Origin: Centroscyllium fabricii | Taxonomy: Eukaryota | NCBI GenBank assembly: GCA_051313645.2 | Contig: JBNRSN020000014.1 | Location: 142,600,001-142,664,000, forward strand | Direction of reading: 5' to 3' | DNA length: 64,000 nt | Part shown: in pieces, positions 12,270 to 23,830 of the stretch | Position numbering within the stretch: the stretch's first letter is position 1 | Layout: every line of letters begins with the position of its first letter | The notes under the pieces: model-generated | Seen by the model: only the letters and a program-made list of their open reading frames with translations | Told to the model about the DNA's origin: nothing | The model's database searches: none | Translations under genes and position numbers: made by a program

Positions 12270-13700
12270 TTTCTTTCATAATCATATATTAGTCATTCCA
12301 ATCATTCCACAGCAAAACCTTGAACTGTGAGAGTACGTACAACCTTATTTCTTACACCTCCCAACCATGAGTGATATTCTAGTCGTACTTCAGCTAACTG
12401 ACCAAGTGAGACCGTGGATGCGATGTTGCCTACTCTCTATGTACTGGTGATTCCACACTAGGTGTTGTCATACTAGTGGTGATGTACGCCCTGAATCACT
12501 CTTGCTTTAGTGTGTTCCATTCACTGAGACTGGGCATATCAATGCCATCATATTCCTTGCATCGAGTAGTGTTGAATACCCAATGGTATTAGTCTCATGC
12601 CTCATTACTGGATTTGGTCTCCCTAAATGGGACCTGGGTCTTAGTATGGTTGTTGAGGATGAAAGAGTGGTGCTACCCGTAAAAAAATGGTAGTAAGCTG
12701 ATTTTTGTACCAGATGATTAGTATATATCATAGAACAACATATCCAAAATCCGCAAAATCCGCTCTGGGGAAAATTTTTAATGAGCGTTGGAATATTTTG
12801 CATATTTTTGTATCGAAAATGTCAAAGGTAAGATTTTTATTTGACTTTGGGGGTTAAGTCACCTTCATTAAAGAAAATACAAAGACTTAGTAGTTAAAAA
12901 TTATTTTTAAAAATGGCAGGGGCGATGACTGGAACCTAAATAAAATTCATAAAAGCCCCAAAAATGCATTTTACGCATGAAATACCATAACTACAACGGA
13001 TCTAAAACCACCATATCTTCTCGACCCAGAGTAAATTATAGAAGAATTAGAAGAATTTATAGTGATTTAGATAAGTACAAAATTAAATTATTTGACCCCT
13101 ACACCTTTTCAAAGGCACTAAAAATCTCATCTTGGATAATATTTTTTCCACAAAGAACATTTTAGCGGATTTTGGATATGTTGTTTTATGGCACATTCTG
13201 CTCATCTGGTGCAAAAATCAGCTTACTACCATTTTTTTCCCGGTCAAAATGCGCAACGACCATGCTATCTGCATTCATCCTCGCTGTGTCTCACTTTGTT
13301 ACAGTTGGAACACCCGAAATCTCTGGCATCATCGCTTATGGGGTCCTATTCTACAATTTTCTATCCTTTAATTATTGGGGCTGTGAACGCATACCTGCCC
13401 AAACTATTGTCAAACTAGTTGGTAGAATCTGATCGCCCATTCAATCACCAGGGCTCTGATACATCTGAGATCATAACGTGATCAGTTTGTTTGTTAACTG
13501 TGTCACTCCTGGCCCAACAAACATATCCTTAGAACATCTGAAATCACTTCAAGAAATCGATTCTTTAACGTCCGTTGACACAGACCTTTATAATTGGTTA
13601 TATTTTCCCTGTCTGGTACAATTTTCAAATATGACTAATTGTCTAAGTACCATAAGCATCTTATCTTTTTTGCTTCTATGCTTCAGGAATTAACTCATAA
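12270..13700 (-). mobile_element. Highly decayed Gypsy-type gag/protease region, split by a TIR element
   Basis: CCHC knuckle CSNCNKVRHSEDEC at 13271-13312. Protease-like PVSVNGTH*SKSDSGRTSPLV*QHLV...RIHG with DSG at ~12489-12497. Many stop codons. Confidence 0.62.
12676..13243. mobile_element. AT-rich MITE-like element with ~100-bp imperfect TIRs
   Basis: AAAAAAATGGTAGTAAGCTGATTTTTGTACCAGATGA at ~12681 is the reverse complement of ~13202-13238; the similarity extends to ACAACATATCCAAAATCCGC. Confidence 0.72.
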
Positions 13701-14602
13701 GAAATAAGAATAGCATGTTTCACAGTTTGATAACCCACATGGTCCTTGTTGCTGTTTTTCTACAAGGTCAAATTGAAATTTTTAGGGGTATTCAGAATTT
13801 TTTTTATTTAACCATTAACAAACGGAACAGAGTGAATCCTGTTCTGTTTGCTTGTCAGTCCCCCTCACTCCTGCAGTCAATGAATTTCAAGGTATTTCCT
13901 TCATGGGCTCTGGTATCAGTGGATCTGTCACTGCAGTTCCCAACAGGAGCCATGGTAACCCTGCCCACTCACATCGTGGTTTCCGAACACTTTGCCTGGC
14001 GCTCTGCTTCCTGATCTCCAACAGCTGGTGATAGTTTATCGGCTATTTTAAAATCATTAGAGATGGAAAATCAGTTCAGCAGGACTCAGATTTTGTCTAA
14101 ACTTTTTGAAGCTGTGTTTACGTATTGTCAAACAGCACCCACTATGCTCGATTGGTAGAGCTGTACCACAGTCTTAAGTTGGAGGGGAGTGAAAGATAAT
14201 GCAGCATATTCAGCAGCATTGTTGTGTCCCTCCCCATGCCAGTCTCCACATATTTACAGAAAGAAATGCAGGAAATGGTGAGCAGCAATGCTGCACCAGT
14301 AAACAGCACCCCCCCATCCACTCCGCTCCAACAGCCCAGGATTTCCATGTTAAACAGCACAAACCTAGCAACTATGGTAAAGAAAAGATTTAAACGAACG
14401 CTTGAGTAATTGACAGAGTGGTCAATGGATTCGATGATTTGTTTATTTTTTGTGGGCAGCCAAAGCTCGGCTAGAGCTGCGACTGGGACATGAAGGAGGT
14501 GATGGGAATTCAGAATGTTTCTGTTTGAAAAGACAGTTAATTAAAAAATAAAAAGCCGAAGCTTTTCTATCTTTGGATCCTTGTTGACAAACATCAGGCT
14601 AG

Positions 14603-14802
14603 NNNNNNNNNNNNNNNNNNNNNNNNNNNNNNNNNNNNNNNNNNNNNNNNNNNNNNNNNNNNNNNNNNNNNNNNNNNNNNNNNNNNNNNNNNNNNNNNNN
14701 NNNNNNNNNNNNNNNNNNNNNNNNNNNNNNNNNNNNNNNNNNNNNNNNNNNNNNNNNNNNNNNNNNNNNNNNNNNNNNNNNNNNNNNNNNNNNNNNNNNN
14801 NN
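14603..14802. other. Assembly gap (200 N)
   Basis: Run of n characters. Confidence 0.99.
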
Positions 14803-16353
14803 CTTTTCTCCAAGGCAAACAACCCCAGCCTGTCCAGCCTTTCCTCGTAGCATAGGTCCGCCAGACCAGGTATCATCCTGGTAAACCTTCTCTGCACCCT
14901 CTCCAGGGCAGCCACATCCTTCCTGTAGTGCGGTGACCAGAACTGCACACAGTACTCCAGCTGAGGTCTCACCAGTGTGTTATACAGGTTTAACATTACC
15001 TCCCTACTTTTGTATACTATGCCCTGGTTAATAAAGGCGAGGATTCCGTATGCCTTCTTAACCACCTTGTTAACGTGTCCAGCAACCTTCAGGGAGCTGT
15101 GCACCTGTACCCCCAGGTCCCTCTGCTCCTTGGTCCTATTTAACGTTTTGTTGTTCATGGTATATTCCCTTACCCCATTTGGTCTACCGAATTGAATGAC
15201 CTCGCATTTCTCTGGGTTGAACTCCATTTGCCATTTTTCTGCCCAATTAACCATTATATCTATATCCTCCTGAAGCCCCTTACTATCCTCATCGTTGTTT
15301 ACCACCCTTCCGATTTTCGTATCATCAGCGAATTTGCTGATTGTACCCCCTACTCCCATATCCAAATCGTTGATGTATACTAGAAACAGTAAGGGTCCCA
15401 AAACCGATCCTTGGGGACGCCACTGGTTACTGGTTTCCAGTCACAGAAGCAGCCCTCTACCATTACCCTTTGTCTCCTATCCCCCAGCCAGTTTTCGATC
15501 CACTGTGCCAAGTTACCCTGTATCCCGTGCGCTCTAACCTTTGTTATTAGTCTCCTATGTGGGACTTTATCAAAAGCTTTGCTAAAGTCCATATATACTA
15601 CGTCCACAGTACTCCCTTCATCCACCCTCTTTGTTACTTCCTCGAAGAATTCCAACAGATTGGTCAGGCACGACTTACCTTTGACGAAGCCATGCTGACT
15701 GTCTCTTATTAGACCTTGGTTGTCCAAATGCGAACTGATTTTATCCCTCAGAATTTTTTCCATTACTTTCCCCACTACAGATGTAAGACTGATTGGCCTG
15801 TAGTTGCCCGTTTGTCCCTACTACCCTTTTTAAACAAGGGTACTACATTAGCCGTTCTCCAGTCCTCAGGCACATCCCCTGACGCGAGAGAGGTCCTGAA
15901 GATTTGAGACAGGGGGCCCGCAAGCTCCTCCCTGGCCTCGAACAGCAGCCTGGGGAACATTGCGTCCGGCCCTGGTGATTTGTCCACCTTTAAGCCTCCC
16001 AAGATTTCTAGAACTTCTTCCCTTGTAATGGTAATATCCTCAATTACCCCCCCTACACTCTGTCCGATTTCGATGTCGGTATCGTCCCTCTCTCTTGTGA
16101 ATACTGAAGAGAAGAATTCATTTAGTACCTCCCCCACCTCCTCGGGCTCGACGCACAGCTTTCCGCTATCGTCTTTTATGGGCCCCACCCTTTCCCTCGT
16201 GATCCTTTTGTTTTTTATATAACTATAAAATGCCTTAGGGTTATCCTTGATTTTACTGGCCATTGTAATCTCATGACCTCTCTTGGCTTTTCTTATCTCC
16301 TTCTTTAAATCCCCCCTATATTTCTTATACTCCCCTAGTGCCTCCTCAGTTTT
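14803..16353 (-). mobile_element. CR1 LINE ORF2 (RT domain) in PLD6 intron 1
   Basis: ORFs 15775..16263, 15380..15775 and 14541..15401 with [32 protein letters not shown] and SKFADDTK; few frameshifts. Confidence 0.93.
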
Positions 16354-16374
16354 TAGCCGTTTATATTCGTTAAA

Positions 16375-17005
16375 GTGTCGCGCGGAGGCGGAGCGTTCAG
16401 TCGATAGAAGTTTGGAGGTGGGGTCTGGAGGCTGAGGGTTGGCCGACGGCCTATTTCACTCACCAGCTTTCCTGAGCTTCCCAACCTGCGAGCCGGCCAA
16501 CGCCATGTAGTTGGAGTCGGTGACGACCCGGACCCGCACCCCGCGGCTATGCACCACCAGCACCGAGCCGCTGAGCTCCCAGCTGGAGATGCTGAAGACG
16601 CAGACGTCGAGCGAGCGGCGAGCGCTGAGCAGCAGGCGGGCCAGGCTGCTGAGCGCGCTCTCCTGGTGCGGCAGGCCGCAGTCACAGCGGCCCGGCGCCA
16701 ACAGCGGCCGCAAGCACGTCAGCGGCGCCGGGAAGAAGAGCACCCGCGGCCGTCGCTCGCGAAGCCGCTCGAGGTAGCGGAGCAGCTGGTAGAGACCCTC
16801 GGCTGCGAGAGAGAGGCCGGCCAGCGCCACCAGGCCTCGCCACACCGACACGGTCGGGGAGATCATGGCGCCGCCTTCACCCAGCGAAAACCCACCCGCG
16901 TGCTGCGCGCCAAATGCAGCCTCGCGTTCGCGACGTCTTGACGTAAAATGCGTCAATCGCGGCGTTCACCGTGTCGACGTTAATTGCGTCAACTGCCCGC
17001 CACAT
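16375..17005 (-). promoter_or_regulatory. CpG island / PLD6 promoter with CRE-like and MYB-like motifs
   Basis: Very CpG-dense compared with the flanks. TTGACGTAA at 16938, two TGCGTCAA motifs at 16949 and 16985, and CAACTGCC at 16990-16997. Confidence 0.7.
16464..16866 (-). CDS. PLD6: PLD6 (mitochondrial cardiolipin hydrolase / Zucchini) coding exon 1
   Basis: GGCGGCGCC-ATG context at 16866. N-terminal hydrophobic anchor, then VLFFP..TC..CDCGLPH (CCCH zinc motif), SARRSLDVCVF and RGVRVRVVTDSNYMALAGSQVGKLRKAG. A GTGAGT donor at 16463 follows at the KAG| intron position known for PLD6. The HKD-encoding exon 2 was not found. Confidence 0.93.
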
Positions 17006-17356
17006 TTAAAAGGCAATAAGGGAGGCGCAGGTGAGAGGCTTCCTCATAAATGGTTCTCATTGCCAAGGGCTGTCTTAGTGGGCCTGTGCTCTCTGGAGTT
17101 TAGACGAATGAGAGATGAGCTCATTGAAACAGATAAGAATCTGAGGGGGATTGAAAGGGTACTGTGCACAATTTTGGTCTACCCTGAGGATATACAGCAC
17201 TTGCCTTTAGTAGGAGTGCAATAAATGTTCACTAGATTGATTGATGGGATAGGGGGGCTGGGGCTGGGATGGGGGGGAGATGGGATGGGATGGTGGGCGG
17301 GCATTGTCCCATGAGGAGCTATTGAGTAGACTAAGCCCATACTACCTGGAGTTTAG

Positions 17357-17720
17357 AAACAGAAGATAGGAGCAGGAGCCTGCTCCTCCATTCAATGAGA
17401 TCATGGCTGATCATCCAAACCCAGAACACCGCCGTCGCCCTCTCCCTCTCCCCATATCCCTCGATCCCTATCTGCACCAACACATATCCCACCCTATCCC
17501 CATAACCCCGACATATTTAATCCCCCTAACACTAAGGGTCAATTTATCCTGGCCAATCAACCTAACCCGCACATCTTTGGACTGTGGGAGGAAACCGGAG
17601 CACCCGGAGGAAACCCACGCAGACACGGGGAGAATGTGCAAACTCCACACAGATAGTCACCCGAGGCCGGATTTGAACCCGGGTCTCCAGAGCTGTGAGG
17701 CAACCGTGCTAACCACCGTG
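17357..17720 (-). mobile_element. HE1-type V-SINE within CR1 3' remnants (~17080-18130)
   Basis: Reverse-complement V-core and tRNA head. Confidence 0.8.
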
Positions 17721-18295
17721 AAGAATGAGAGGTGCTCTTATTGAAATGTATAAAATTCTTAAGGGATTTGACAGGGTAGATTACGGTGTCCCCTGCCTGG
17801 AGAGTCTAGTACGGGGGGGGGGGGGGGGGGGAGGGGAGGGGAGAAGGAATAATCTCAGGATAAGGGGTCGACTGTTTATGACTGAGATGGGGAGGAGTTT
17901 CTTCACTCGGGGTTGTAAATCTTTGGAATTATCTACCCCAAAGTGCTCTGAATGCTCAGTTGTTAAGTATATTCAAGGCTGAGGTAGATTTTTGGACTCG
18001 TGGGGAATCAGGGGATATGAGGATCGGGAGGGAAAGTGGAGTTCAGGTTGAAGACCAACCATGATCTTATTAAATGGCGGAGCAGGCTTGAGGGGCCCTA
18101 TAGCCTACTCATGCTCCTAATTCTTATGTAAAAGATGTTTAAAAAATGGAAATGTATTTTTAATTTTCAGGTACCTTTGGCTATTACTTTTCTCCTTGTG
18201 TTACTGGCTTTTGATGGATATGTCTACCTTTTTTTCTTTTTGGGTGTTTCCTTCACCCTCTCCAGTACTTTTCTTCATTAGCCTTAGTTGCTGTT

Positions 18296-18490
18296 GTAAG
18301 AAGTCACACAACACCAGGTTATAGTCCAACAGTTTTATTTCAAATCACAAGCTTTCGGAGCGCTGCTCCTTCGTCAGGTGAAGCAGCGCTCCGAAAGCTT
18401 GTGATTTCAAATAAAACTGTTGGACTGTAACCTGGTGTTGTGTGACTTCTTACATTTGTCCACCCCAGTCCAACACCGGCACCTCCACAT
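18296..18490. mobile_element. Fold-back Penelope terminal remnant with hammerhead motif (minus strand 18345-18381)
   Basis: 13-bp TSD CTTAGTTGCTGTT (18283-18295 and 18491-18503). Minus strand reads TCAC-CTGACGA-AGGAGCAGCGCTCC-GAAA-GCTT-GTGA. Confidence 0.78.
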
Positions 18491-18526
18491 CTTAGTTGCT
18501 GTTAGCATCATACACAAAACCGAGGA

Positions 18527-18918
18527 TACATAGAAACTAGAAGCAGGAGTAGGCCATTCGGCCCTTCGAGCCTGCTCCGCCATTCAATGAGATCATGGCT
18601 GATCATCCAAACCCAGTACCCCACCCCTGCCCCTCCCCATATCCCTCGATCCCTATCGAGCCTGCACCGACACATCCCACCCTATCCCCGTAACCCCACA
18701 CATTTCAATCCCCCTAACACTAAGGGTGAATTTTATCCTGGCCAATCAACCTAACCCGCACATCTTTGGACTGTGGGAGGAAACCGGAGCACCCGGAGGA
18801 AACCCACGCAGACACGGGGAGAATGAGCAAACTCCACACAGATAGTACCCGAGGCTGGATTTGAACCCGGGTCTCCAGTGCTGTAAGGCAACAGTGCTAA
18901 CCACTGTGCCGCCGTGCC
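18527..18918 (-). mobile_element. HE1-type V-SINE
   Basis: Reverse-complement head, V-core and CR1-type tail. Confidence 0.85.
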
Positions 18919-19429
18919 CCCCTGGGGGTTATGAATTGGGGTTATGAATTTAACATGCAAGTGAAATGAAAGAGGTGTTTGTGAGGAGCCAATACATGCA
19001 GATGGAACAAATACTGAGGTGTTCTCATCACACCCATCGCTACTCGGGCACCTGTACCTGGATGTGCCAGAGGAGTCCTTGTCTTCCCTGCCTCATCTTC
19101 AGAAGACAAGTGAAGGCAGAAGACAAGTTATGGCAGGGAAGAGTTGTACTATCTGCTGCCGAATAATGTGCACACCGTTGGATCTCTTCCTATAGAAGCA
19201 AAAATCATTATAGCATGAAGCTTCATGCCAACACAATCTTCCAAGCCAGCCGGAGGAGACATCTGCCACGTCAGGCAGGCTATAATGCAATTACTAAGCA
19301 GGCACTCAGTCAATTGCACTTCAGTGAGGTCCTGCAAACTGCGTGAATGAGCAATTAATCTGCTTTTCTTTGGTAGTGTAGGTTGAGGGAGAAAAATGTT
19401 GGCCAGGACACCAGGAGAATGCGCTACTC

Positions 19430-20000
19430 CTCTCTCCTGGTCACTAAACACCTCCTCTCTGGTTAAGAAGGCCCAACAGCACCTGTACTTCCTAAGGAAG
19501 CTGAAGAAAGCCAGGCTGTCATCCGGCAACCTCTCCAACTTCTACCGCTGCATCACTGTCTGGTATGGTAATTGCACTATCTCGGACCGGAAAACCCTGC
19601 AGCGGGTAGTCAAAACTGCCCAACGGATCACCGGTACACAGCTACCGTCAATGGAAAGCAACTACCTCAAACGCTGCTTACGGAGGTCTCTGAACATTAT
19701 TAAAGACCCCACACACCCCAGCCACAGTCTGTTCGCCCCCCTGCCCTCCGGGAGACGCTACAGATCAATTCGCACCCGCACGACTAGATTTCAGAACAGC
19801 TTCTTCCCCAGGGCTGTCAGCCTCCTGAACTCTAAAAAGAAACTCCGGTACCTGCACGCCTGATAATGTACTTTACTGTATGCAATTTGCATGTAATTTA
19901 TTTATTTTATTTGCACTACTCTCGGGAGAGTCGAGTCTTCGTCTCGTTGTATTGTACTAGTACTCTGCAATGACAATAAAACTTGAATTGAATTGAATTG
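19430..20000 (+). mobile_element. Rex1/Babar LINE 3' fragment
   Basis: [53 protein letters not shown]; AATAAA followed by an (AATTG)n tail. Confidence 0.85.
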
Positions 20001-20269
20001 CATAGGACCCGGAGATCTTTCATGTCTACCTGAACAGATGAATGGGGCCCTCAGATTAACATCTCAGCTGAAAGACGGCACCTCTGACATTACAGCACTC
20101 CCTCAGTACTGCGGTGAAGTGTCAGCTTAGATTATGTACTCAAATCCTGGCGTGGGACTTCAATTTACAACATTCTGATCTCTGAAGAGAGTGGTACCAA
20201 CTGTACCAAGATGACGTGTTTGCTGGAGACAATTCATCTGAGATGAGCTGAACAGTACACTGCATGTAG

Positions 20270-20444
20270 GCCCTGGAGATGGAGCACGCGGTGTCCGCCG
20301 GTGCGCTTGAGGCTTTTCGCGACCGGTGGGCGCCGCGGGGACTGGAGTGCATCATCAACCCGGAAAATAAAATTTTAATTTAAGTTGTTAAGTTTTATTT
20401 CAAGTTTTATTAATTTACAGATGTGTTTAAGATCGTACTAAAAG
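20270..20444 (+). mobile_element. Tx1-like LINE 3' tip
   Basis: 16-bp TSD AGTACACTGCATGTAG; similar to the reverse complement of ~25330-25440. Confidence 0.65.
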
Positions 20445-21025
20445 AGTACACTGCATGTAGCCTCACAGGTCGAAGAAAACTGAATCTAAATTCAAGCAAT
20501 CTTAGCAGAAGCTACCACACAAATTCAGTTATTGTGAAATTGTATTTATTGAGAACTCTAAGTATTACAACAAAAGGACTAACAGCATAACAGAATATTA
20601 GATTATACACAGGTATATGAACAAATCATGCACTGAAAACACAGGATCACACTGGTATATCGTAATATGGAGGGGAACCAGAATCCACGACACTACAAAA
20701 AAAGGGAAGTATTCTACACCGAGCTGAGGTTACCATGACATGCATTAACAGATTGCCGTAAAAAGCCAATCCTCTCCCACCCAACACTTGTTACCAGCAC
20801 TACCCATTCCAGTATCCTACCCATCAGACTAACCCACCTGTGTCCATATTCAAAGCAAATGTCCCCCGACCTTTGTTTCCATGGCTCAGCTCTTGCTGAT
20901 GTGTATGAAGTGGCAGCAGTGGATAATATTTGAGTTCATACCATTTGAGTGTATTTGACTTTGCGCTTGCTTAATTCTGGAGGCTGCTGGTTGTTGCTTA
21001 CACTGAAAATTTATACAAATTGTCC

Positions 21026-22265
21026 AGGATGTTTGTGTGACTGGAACCCTGTGTCTAGTGGGGTACCGCAGGGATCGGTGCTGGGTCCCTTGCTGTTTGT
21101 AGTCTACATTAATGATTTGGATATGAAAATTGGTGGGGTGGTAAATAGCGAGGAGGGAATCCTCAGTCTGCAGGACGATATAGATAGAAACATAGAAGAT
21201 AGGAGCAGGAGTAGGCCATTCGGCCCTTCGAGCCTGCTCCGCCATTCAGTGAGATCATGGCTGATCATCCAAACCCAGCACCCTGTCCCTGCCCTCTCCC
21301 CATATCCCTCGATCCCTATCGAGCCTGCACCGACACATATCCCACCCTATCCTCGCAACCCCACACATTCAATCCCCCTAACACTAAGGATCAATTTAAT
21401 CATGGCCAATCAACTTAACCCGCACATCTTTGGACTGGATTGGTCAGATGGGCGGAACAGTGGCAAATGGAATTTAACCCTGAAAAGTGTGAGGTGATGC
21501 ATTTTGAAAGACTATCAAGGCAAGGGAATACATAATGAATGGTAGGACCCTAGGAAAGACAGAGGATCAGAGGGACCTTGGTGTGCATGTACATAGTTCC
21601 CTGAAGGCAGCAGGACAGGTGGATAAGGTGGTTAAAAAGGCATATGGGATACTTGCCTTCATTAGCCGAGGCATAAAGAGCAGGGAGGTTATGATGGAGC
21701 TGTACAAAACGCTGGTAAGGCCACAGCTGGAGTACTGTGTACAGTTCTGGTCACCACACTATAGGAAGGATGTGATTGCTTTGGAGAGGGTGCAGAGGAG
21801 ATTCACCAGGATGTTACCTGGGCTGGAGCGCTTCAGCTATGAAGAAAGACTGGACAGGCTGGGGTTGTTTTCCTTAGGACAGAGAAGGCTGAGGGGGGAC
21901 CTGATTGAGGTGTACAAAATTATGAGGGGCATAGATAGGGTAAATAGAAAGGAACTTTTTTCCTTAGTAGAGGGGTCAATAACCAGGGGGCATAGTTTCA
22001 AGATAAGGGGCAGGCAGTTTAGAGGGGATTTGAGGAGGAACTTTTTCACCCAGAGGGTGGTTGGAATCTGGAACTCACTGCCTGAAAGGGTGGTGGAGGC
22101 AGGAACCCTCACAACATTCAAGAAGCATTTAGATGAGCACTTGAAATGCCATAGCATACAAGGCTACGGACCAAGTGCTGGAAAATGAGATTAGAATAGA
22201 CAGGGCTCGATGGCCGGCGCGGACACGATGGGCCGAAGGGCCTCTTTCTGTGCTGTATAACTCTG
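21026..22265 (+). mobile_element. CR1 LINE ORF2 3' part, interrupted by a partial V-SINE (~21185-21436, minus)
   Basis: [14 protein letters not shown]; ORF 21535..22188 is the CR1 C-terminus. Confidence 0.9.
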
Positions 22266-22340
22266 ACAAATGAAACATGCCGGTCAAAGCTACATCTATT
22301 TTGGCAGTTGTTTTCTGTGTTAGAGAAGAAAGCAGAAATA

Positions 22341-22662
22341 CAGGTACACAATCCCTTATCCGAGATCCGCGGGACCGGACAGGTCTCGGTTTTCGGGATT
22401 TCTCAGTTTTTAGATTTTGCCCAGTGCGCATGCGCAGATCACATGCGCATTGCCATGTTTGCGGCCCAGTTCGCAGTCGGGGAATGGCATATCGGCCGTT
22501 TATTTCCTCAGCACGGCATCAACAGCATGAACTCGATGTAAAAACATATTTTTTCTGCTGCAGCTGGTCACTTCCTTCAATTTATTTAAGAAAAAAAATG
22601 GTTATTTTGGCGCAACTCGGGATCTCGGTTTTTGGAGTTGCGGATAAAGGATTGTGTACTTG
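22341..22662. mobile_element. Tc1/mariner (Tigger/pogo-like) MITE
   Basis: TIR CAGGTACACAATCCCTTATCCG ... CGGATAAAGGATTGTGTACTTG, preceded by TA. Confidence 0.72.
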
Positions 22663-22699
22663 TTTTTATATAGTACTTACCCTGACCTCTGGACGTCTC

Positions 22700-23080
22700 G
22701 ATGCGTTTTACGGCCAATTAAGTACTTTTTGAAGTGTCATTGTTGTAATGTTGGAAACAGGGCAGCCAATTTGCACACAGCAAGCTCCCAAACAGCAATG
22801 TGATGATGACCAGAGAATCCATTTTAGTGGTGTTGGTTGAAGGATAAATATTGGCCAGGACTCCTTTGCTCCTCTTCAACATGGTGCCATGGGATCTTTT
22901 AAATCTACCCGAGGGACGACTGGGCCTCTGTTTAACGCCTCATTCAAAAGATGGCACCTCCGACAGTGCAGTGCTCCCTCAGTACTGCACTGGAGTGTCA
23001 GCCTAGATTTGTGTGTGCTCCGGAATGGTCCTTGAATCCACAACCTTCTAAAGGTGAGAGTGCGACCATTGAGCCACACC
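22700..23080 (-). mobile_element. SacSINE1/Deu-type SINE
   Basis: Same recurrent blocks as 10880-11290 and 41290-41730. Confidence 0.65.
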
Positions 23081-23520
23081 CGACACCAGTGGGACAAGTG
23101 GCTCTGATTATGTTGTTGGTGTGAGGAGCTGACCCGAACTGTGCTGCGCTGTTAGAGGGAGGTGCCTACACTGGCTTATTATCAGTGGAAGACATTGAGA
23201 TGGAGATGTGATTCTGGCTGGGCTATTAATGGGACTTGGCTGTTGTGTGAGTGTGGGACAAAAGCCCAAACAGTTTCCTGCTGGGAAAGCAAGAAATTTG
23301 AAATATGGCCCACCCAGAGTCATTCCTGTGCGCTCTCCAGCTGCGATGAGGTGTACAGGAATGGTAATTATAGAATGATACAGCACAGGAGGCCATTCAG
23401 CCTGTCCTGGCCCTTTGAAAGAGCTACCAAGTACTCCCACTCCCCTGCTCTTTCCCCATAGCCCTGCAATTTTTTTCCCCTTCAAGTATAAGAAGTTTCA
23501 CTCCTTATTCTCACTAAAAG

Positions 23521-23830
23521 GGGCGGCACGGTGGCATAGTGGTTAGCACTGTTGCCTTACAGCACTGGAGACCCGGGTTCAAATCCAGCCTCGGGTACTA
23601 TCTGTGTGGAGTTTGCACATTCTCCCCGTGTCTGCGTGGGTTTCCTCCGGGTGCTCCGGTTTCCTCCCACAGTCCAAAGATGTGCGGGTTAGGTTGATTG
23701 GCCAGGATAAATTGACCCTTAGTGTTAGGGGGATTAAATAGGTCGGGGTTGCAGGGATGGGGTGGGATATGTGTCGGTGCAGGCTCGATGGGCCGAAATG
23801 GCCTCTATCTGCACTGTAGGGATTCTATGA
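23521..23830 (+). mobile_element. HE1-type V-SINE
   Basis: GGGCGGCACGGTGGCATAGTGG head and V-core. Confidence 0.88.

Noticed and set aside
13700-14602. Possible endogenous viral or host coding sequence next to the gap
   Set aside because: Only short ORFs with no recognisable motifs; nothing supportable without a database search.
16867-16956. 30-aa N-terminal extension of PLD6 in the ORF track
   Set aside because: It starts at a non-ATG codon. The ATG at 16866 has a GCC-rich Kozak-like context and directly precedes the hydrophobic anchor.
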